The translations under genes were made by a program, and so were the position numbers. DNA of 64,000 bases, taken from positions 2,609-66,608 of the forward strand of contig CAVGCY010000055.1 in the NCBI GenBank assembly GCA_963627915.1, read 5' to 3'. Under the pieces are notes generated by a model that was not told the DNA's origin, made no database searches, and was given only the letters and a program-made list of their open reading frames with translations. This document shows, in pieces, positions 58,823 to 64,000 of the stretch. The first letter of the stretch is position 1. Each line of letters starts with the position of its first letter. Origin of the DNA: Bacteroidaceae bacterium (GTDB lineage: Bacteria > Bacillota > Clostridia > Oscillospirales > Acutalibacteraceae).

Positions 58823-60493
58823 ATGACTGACGATTTTGAAAAATATACAGGCAATACCGAACCCGAAAACAATGCTGAAAATTCGGGAACGCCTGCCGGA
58901 AACAATCCGGCAGAAGCGGCGCAGACAAATACTTCATCAAACGAGCAGAACGCAGAAGACGGCTCAAACGCACAGCATGTAAACGCCGAATACCGGGACG
59001 GCGGATTCAATCGGAACAATTCATACGCTTCGGGCGAATACTCGTACAAGGGCGATCCCAATAATCAGCAGAACAATCCGTACTCCGCGCCGAACGCAAA
59101 CCGATACAACCCCTACGGAGCTCCGAATTACAATAATTATCAAAATACTCAGAACAATAATTATTCAAATCCCTACAATCAGAATAACGCAGGATTTCAG
59201 CCTCAGTATCAACCCCCGCAGAAGAAAAAGAATACCGGCAAAAAGGTGTTCTTCGGCGTGCTTATCGGAATCCTGGTTATAATCGTTGCGGCTATTGTTT
59301 TATCCGCAATATCCGATAAAACGTCAAGCTTGGACAGCGGCAGTAAAGAATCCGTAACAAACAGCGACGTAGGCTCGCTTGAACTCTCAGACAGCTCGTC
59401 CTCATCCTCCCCCGCCAACGAGGTTTATAAAAAAATAGTACAGTCCAACGTCGGACTTCTCGTTTATTCAAACAATACCCTTTCGTCCGAAGGCTCCGGC
59501 GTTATCGCAAAAGAGGGCGACGACGGCTATACTTATATTATAACCTGCGCTCACGTAATTTCGGGCGGTTCAAAGGTTGTAGTACAGACATATGACAATG
59601 AGGAATACGACGCCGAAATAGTAGGCTATGACACAAGATCCGACCTCGGAGTTCTCAAAATCAAAAAAACGGGGCTCTGCTGTGCTTCATTCGGAGATTC
59701 CGACCTGCTTGAAGTCGGTCAGACCGTATATGCGATAGGCAATCCTCAGGGAAGCCAGTTCGCAGGTTCGTTTACTTCGGGCATGATTTCAGCAATCGAC
59801 AGACCCGTAAGTTCTTCGACAGGCTACGAAATGAAGTGCATACAGCACACGGCGGCTATTAATCCCGGCAACTCAGGCGGCGCGCTCGTTAACGACAAGG
59901 GCGAAGTTATCGGTATCAATTCAATGAAAATAGCCTCGACCGACACCGAAGGCATGGGCTTCTCCGTTCCTTCAAGCGTAGTTAAGGAAGTATTCGACTC
60001 TATCGTTGCAAACGGCTATGTAACAGGCAGAGCAAAGCTCGGCATTACCTATGCGGCTGCAGTCAATTACAGCCAGTACAGCATGTACGTTAACATCAAG
60101 GGACTTCCCTCCGGCTCTATCGTAATAGCAAGCATTGCGGACGACAGCGCACTTAAGGATACAAAAGCTCAAGTCGGCGACCTTATAGTAGGCGTTAACG
60201 GCAAGGATATGGAATCCACGGGCATGCTCGCAGAGATGATGGAGGACATGAGCATAGGCGACGAGCTTACACTTAATATTGTCAGAATCAACACGCAGAA
60301 CTGGTCGCAGGAATCATTTGACGTTACCGTTAAGCTTGTAGAGGACAGAGGAGATACAACCGTAAACAGCAGCTCACAGGATAACAGCGGCTCAAACGAC
60401 GGCAGCGGTTCATATGACTACTCGGACGATCTCGAGGATTACTTTGAAGAATACTTCAAAAAATATTACGGAAACGGCGGCAGCGGAAACTAA
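58823..60493 (+). CDS. htrA: HtrA/DegP-family serine protease with a PDZ domain and an N/Q/Y-rich cytoplasmic N-terminal region
   Basis: Catalytic triad contexts are present (TCAHV, DLGVLKI, GNSGGAL), followed by a PDZ domain. One TM helix follows about 135 aa of low-complexity sequence rich in N, Q, P and Y. Confidence 0.92.
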   Translation: MTDDFEKYTGNTEPENNAENSGTPAGNNPAEAAQTNTSSNEQNAEDGSNAQHVNAEYRDGGFNRNNSYASGEYSYKGDPNNQQNNPYSAPNANRYNPYGAPNYNNYQNTQNNNYSNPYNQNNAGFQPQYQPPQKKKNTGKKVFFGVLIGILVIIVAAIVLSAISDKTSSLDSGSKESVTNSDVGSLELSDSSSSSSPANEVYKKIVQSNVGLLVYSNNTLSSEGSGVIAKEGDDGYTYIITCAHVISGGSKVVVQTYDNEEYDAEIVGYDTRSDLGVLKIKKTGLCCASFGDSDLLEVGQTVYAIGNPQGSQFAGSFTSGMISAIDRPVSSSTGYEMKCIQHTAAINPGNSGGALVNDKGEVIGINSMKIASTDTEGMGFSVPSSVVKEVFDSIVANGYVTGRAKLGITYAAAVNYSQYSMYVNIKGLPSGSIVIASIADDSALKDTKAQVGDLIVGVNGKDMESTGMLAEMMEDMSIGDELTLNIVRINTQNWSQESFDVTVKLVEDRGDTTVNSSSQDNSGSNDGSGSYDYSDDLEDYFEEYFKKYYGNGGSGN

Positions 60494-60559
60494 TCGTTAA
60501 TAAACAAACTAAAAAAACTGCCGATTAATTCGACGCAGACAAAAAAATAAGATAAGATA

Positions 60560-60616
60560 CAAGACTGTATTTCAAATTTTGCATTGATTCCGTATGCATT
60601 GTGAAATACAGTCTTT
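60560..60616 (+). terminator. Long hairpin downstream of htrA (candidate terminator or IS-end relic)
   Basis: A 14-bp perfect inverted repeat (aagactgtatttca / tgaaatacagtctt) with a loop of about 27 nt, followed by GTTTTAT. Confidence 0.4.
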
Positions 60617-60689
60617 GTTTTATAAAATAATATTGGTTCATCGCGGATTTAAGAGAAATGGAACCTAACAGCAGGTAAAAAAATAAACT

Positions 60690-60830
60690 TAACCGGAAGA
60701 AAAAGAAGTCATCATCACGATAACCGTAACCAATTCCTTCAGCGACTTTGATTTTGTTGTTAAAGCCTTCAAGCGTTCCGGTGAGGATAGGACGCTCGGC
60801 ATAAGCAATCAATCCGGAATCCCGGCTCTC
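60690..60830 (-). pseudogene. Remnant of the C-terminus of an ISL3-family transposase
   Basis: The translated fragment LIAYAERPILTGTLEGFNNKIKVAEGIGYGYRDDDFFFF resembles the conserved ISL3 C-terminal motif (NGxxEGxNNKIKxxKRxxYGxR). An in-frame stop at 60831-60833 truncates it and no upstream transposase body is present. Confidence 0.6.
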
Positions 60831-60889
60831 CTACACACTTTAACGGTATATTTACATAAGAACTTAAAAAGTCTCTTTTAAGATTTCAA

Positions 60890-60965
60890 ACAAAAAAAAT
60901 TATCCGAGACTCGTAATTAATCGAATCTCGGATTTTTTCAGCTGTTTTTTTACAGCCTCATTTCA
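60890..60965. repeat. Twin-hairpin intergenic repeat, copy B
   Basis: ATCCGAG...CTCGGAT followed by T6, then AGCTGT-T7-ACAGCC. It differs from copy A (44745-44815) by 4 substitutions and 1 indel over about 61 nt. Confidence 0.8.
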
Positions 60966-61155
60966 TTAAAAATTAAATTTTGTTTTAACTTAATCAATAA
61001 AATTTGATTTCTATATAACAAAATATAATGAGTCTTTTAAAGGCGTGGTTCAGGCATTTTATCGACAGCCTGAGATTTCCGAAACCCACTGTTTCGGAAG
61101 TCTTTGCGGCTAAATCAAAAGAAGGTTCGGATTATAAATTCAGTATTATATAAAA

Positions 61156-64000
61156 TCAATAATGCTCGGCTCCGCATTCACAGTACTTATTTGTGCGGAA
61201 TACTTTATATATAATTCTGATTATCTTCCATATAATACGCGCAAAGCCCCTCTTATGGCAGATGTGCGAACATGAAACGACCATGCTTATTGACTCTCCG
61301 CAGGAATCGCAAATATCGTCCGCATTCTCGTCGGCGTGATCAAGCGTCGGTATAATTTCACTTTCAAGCACAGTCAAACAAACGGTGCATTCTTTATGAC
61401 GCATTCCTTCGTGGACGCATGACGCTTCATCTTCAACAATCCAGTCGGACGGGGTATGTCCGGTTTTTTCCAGCGTCCGCGTTTCAAGCCTTTCACCGCA
61501 AACAGTGCAGAATATATACTCAGAACCTTCATTAAGACAATCGGGCTTAACATCCGTTACCCAATCGGATTCGCTGTGAGAACCGAGAGGCTGTGTTTCA
61601 GTTTTTATATCTCCGCAGTTTTTACATGTAAATACCTTTTCGCCGTGTTTAATGCACGAAGATTCACTTTCTTTTGTGAGAATGTAATTATGATTTATAC
61701 ATACCTTTTCATCTGCGGCGGCGTATATACTTGAATAAGAAAATTCATATATGTTATTTAAATAATTCTTTTCACCTGAATTTACGCAGGCAGATAAAAT
61801 CATTCGGAACGCTTCGCCGTCGTCGGATTCAAAGTATTCATTCGGGATTTCGAGTGAGAACGCCTTTTCCTCACCGGAGGCAATACTTCCGAGCAAGACA
61901 TCCGAGACAGAGGACGTCGAATTTAATTCCTTCAGTGAAATAACAGTGTTTTCGGTCGCACGAGTTCCGGAATTTTTCGCATTTCCTGAGATATACGCCT
62001 TATCGTCCTTTATGGATATTTTAACGTCCTTTATAAAGACATCACAATCGGAAATATCCGTGCTTGCGGTGTTATCCGAAATATTACCGTCTTTTCCGTC
62101 AGGCGTTACTGTAACGTAAACGATTTTTCCTTCAATCTCTTCGGCATTAACTCTGATACGCTCGGTAACGGTTTCACCGGGCTTGATTGCCGTTCTTATC
62201 TGCATTTCGCTTACGGCATTTCCCTTTTCGTCGGAGACAGATACATTCAAAGTACTTATCTCGGATGAACACCTGTTCGTAATATCCGCATAAATAAGTC
62301 CGTCGTCGGAGAATGCGGAATAATCGACGTATAAATCATCTACGGAAATATCAACAAACTCATCTGTATTTATAACCGTAAGATTCGACGCTTCCGTTCC
62401 GTCGTCGCAAAATTCAACCGCGTTAACGCAAACGCACATATCGCCGTCACTGTCAAAAGCCGCGCCGTACTCTCTTATAAATTTACCGCTTTGGGAAAAA
62501 ACAGGATAAACAGAACCGTAATCAAGGTTTGACGCGTTAAACTTGCAAGCATAAAGCGTACCGCAGTTTGATTCGTTTACATTTGTAATAAGCGTGTATG
62601 TGCCGTCGACGCCGGCAAAAGAGCTTAAATTCGTAATTCCGCTCAATCCCGCAAAAACAGCGGATGTACCGTTATAATACATGGATTTCGCATTTTCGGC
62701 AAAGAACAGTCCGCCGTCCGCGGCACAAAGAGAATCAACGGAATTTTCGCCCTCATAAACAGATGTTTTTCCGCTTACGTCAAGAGAATAAATCACATTA
62801 TTATTTTCGCTTGAAACAATATAAACACTGTCGGCTGACGGTGATACATCCATAGATGAAATACCGTTAAACTCATAAGAGAAAATTTCCGATACATTTG
62901 AGTTTTTAAATTCGATATAAGTTACGGTATCGATTCCTGTTGAGTCAAAATAATCGTTTTCACTGTTCGTAACATATGCTATTTTCGCTGCAGAATCGGA
63001 AACCTCTATCGAATACCCGATCTCCGCCCTGTCGTTATCCGTTATTCTGTCAGGTGCGGAAAATTCCGTGCCGTCAAAATACGAACAGTAAAGCTCACTC
63101 GAATTTACACGCTCGGTATAATCCGCATTTTCATCGCATTCCGGCGCCATTGCAAACAACAGATAAACGCCGTTCGTGTCATACGCCGTCTTCAATCCGT
63201 CGCAGAATCCCTCAGATTCAAAAGCAATACACGGAGATGACCATGTGCCGTTATCAAAAATCGAATAGTAAATGTCCGTTCTGTTAATTGCCTGCTTTTC
63301 AGCATTATCGTCTATCCAGAACATTGCTTCTCTGCCGTCGGAAAGAGTTACGACAGACGGCGTCGAATACGGATACAAATTATTTTTTGCAAGAGTAAAT
63401 TCATTTGCGGTTATTTCCGATGTCTTCGAATAATCACGCGAAATAGGAGTAAAATCGACCGAATTGCTTGACTTCAGCGATTTTCGTCTGACTTTGTTTT
63501 TGTCATCATTCTGTTTCGGATAAATCTGATAATCCAAGAACGGGTATGAAAACTCATCCGTTTCCGCACCGAAAAACGCGGCCTTCGCTTTTAGAGTGCC
63601 TGTCAGCTTCATTGTCAGACTTTCCACAAAGGAAGCGGACGGGAAAGCAAAAGTTGTTGACAAGTCAAATACGGCTTTACCTTCGGCATAAATTTTGAGA
63701 ATTGAATTATCGCCGACTCCGAGAGTATACGAATTGTTTATCGAACCCGTAACGCTTCCGGAAAATGTATATTCCCGATTCGACTGCTCTACCTTAAGAC
63801 TTCCGGACAATCCTCCGCCGAATCCTATTGAAGCGTAGAAGATTTTTAAGGGTCTTACAGTAATCGAAGCTCCCATTTCAAAAGAAGCGATAAGACCGCC
63901 CTCGCTGAACTCAAGTCCGTTCTTGTAACTGAACTCAATATAGCCTGCAAGGTCTGCGTCGAAATTAAGACCGACAGAATCTATTCCGTATGTCTTGATT
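61156..64000 (-). CDS. Very large secreted protein with C-terminal Cys-rich modules and a Cys/His-flanked amphipathic tail. The 5' end lies beyond the window.
   Basis: The reading frame stays open from 63876 to nt 64000. Three CxxxG..CxxCG..GH modules are followed by the tail SCSHICHKRGFARIIWKIIRIIYKVFRTNKYCECGAEHY. Confidence 0.8.
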   Translation of the reverse strand, partial: IKTYGIDSVGLNFDADLAGYIEFSYKNGLEFSEGGLIASFEMGASITVRPLKIFYASIGFGGGLSGSLKVEQSNREYTFSGSVTGSINNSYTLGVGDNSILKIYAEGKAVFDLSTTFAFPSASFVESLTMKLTGTLKAKAAFFGAETDEFSYPFLDYQIYPKQNDDKNKVRRKSLKSSNSVDFTPISRDYSKTSEITANEFTLAKNNLYPYSTPSVVTLSDGREAMFWIDDNAEKQAINRTDIYYSIFDNGTWSSPCIAFESEGFCDGLKTAYDTNGVYLLFAMAPECDENADYTERVNSSELYCSYFDGTEFSAPDRITDNDRAEIGYSIEVSDSAAKIAYVTNSENDYFDSTGIDTVTYIEFKNSNVSEIFSYEFNGISSMDVSPSADSVYIVSSENNNVIYSLDVSGKTSVYEGENSVDSLCAADGGLFFAENAKSMYYNGTSAVFAGLSGITNLSSFAGVDGTYTLITNVNESNCGTLYACKFNASNLDYGSVYPVFSQSGKFIREYGAAFDSDGDMCVCVNAVEFCDDGTEASNLTVINTDEFVDISVDDLYVDYSAFSDDGLIYADITNRCSSEISTLNVSVSDEKGNAVSEMQIRTAIKPGETVTERIRVNAEEIEGKIVYVTVTPDGKDGNISDNTASTDISDCDVFIKDVKISIKDDKAYISGNAKNSGTRATENTVISLKELNSTSSVSDVLLGSIASGEEKAFSLEIPNEYFESDDGEAFRMILSACVNSGEKNYLNNIYEFSYSSIYAAADEKVCINHNYILTKESESSCIKHGEKVFTCKNCGDIKTETQPLGSHSESDWVTDVKPDCLNEGSEYIFCTVCGERLETRTLEKTGHTPSDWIVEDEASCVHEGMRHKECTVCLTVLESEIIPTLDHADENADDICDSCGESISMVVSCSHICHKRGFARIIWKIIRIIYKVFRTNKYCECGAEHY

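Noticed and set aside
44745-60965. I considered whether the two twin-hairpin repeat copies are attL/attR-like direct repeats bounding a 16-kb genomic island.
   Set aside because: The enclosed genes are largely housekeeping (SEDS polymerase, PBP, galM, TCS-htrA). There is no integrase, and both copies sit at ends of convergent operons, where a terminator is expected. A dispersed terminator-repeat family is the simpler explanation, although copy B does neighbour an IS remnant.

Overview
This is a 64-kb chromosomal window from a low-to-mid-GC Firmicute of the class Clostridia. A type-I dockerin protein and the gene order suggest a cellulosome-producing Ruminococcus/Oscillospiraceae-type organism, but that is only an inference. 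About 85% of the window is coding and most genes are on the minus strand. The core blocks are:
- smc-ftsY-rdgB-yhbY, then a Leu T-box, then nadD-yqeK-rsfS-leuS
- dprA-topA-trmFO-rnc-radical SAM
- infC-rpmI-rplT with an L20-type attenuator leader
- a complete F1Fo ATP synthase operon (atpIBEFHAGDC) whose c subunit carries a Na+-binding signature
- tRNA-Lys(UUU) and secG
- a divergent type IIA topoisomerase pair
- an FHA-RodA-PBP cluster fused into one operon with an ABC ATPase, a 1196-aa FtsX-type permease and a PI-PLC-like gene
- two OmpR-type two-component systems, one translationally coupled to a cytoplasmic BNR/sialidase-like gene and one followed by htrA

The accessory content is:
- an XRE regulator plus an integrase-like protein with a degenerate active site
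- two very large secreted proteins sharing Cys-rich modules, one with a dockerin and one with a Cys/His-flanked amphipathic C-terminal tail
- a 283-bp element bounded by 29-bp inverted repeats, wedged between a GH18 gene and its terminator (MITE or structured RNA)
- a roughly 65-nt twin-hairpin repeat present twice
- an ISL3 transposase remnant

No rRNA genes, CRISPR arrays or intact IS elements were seen. All calls rest on motifs read by eye from the sequence and the ORF track. No database search was run.
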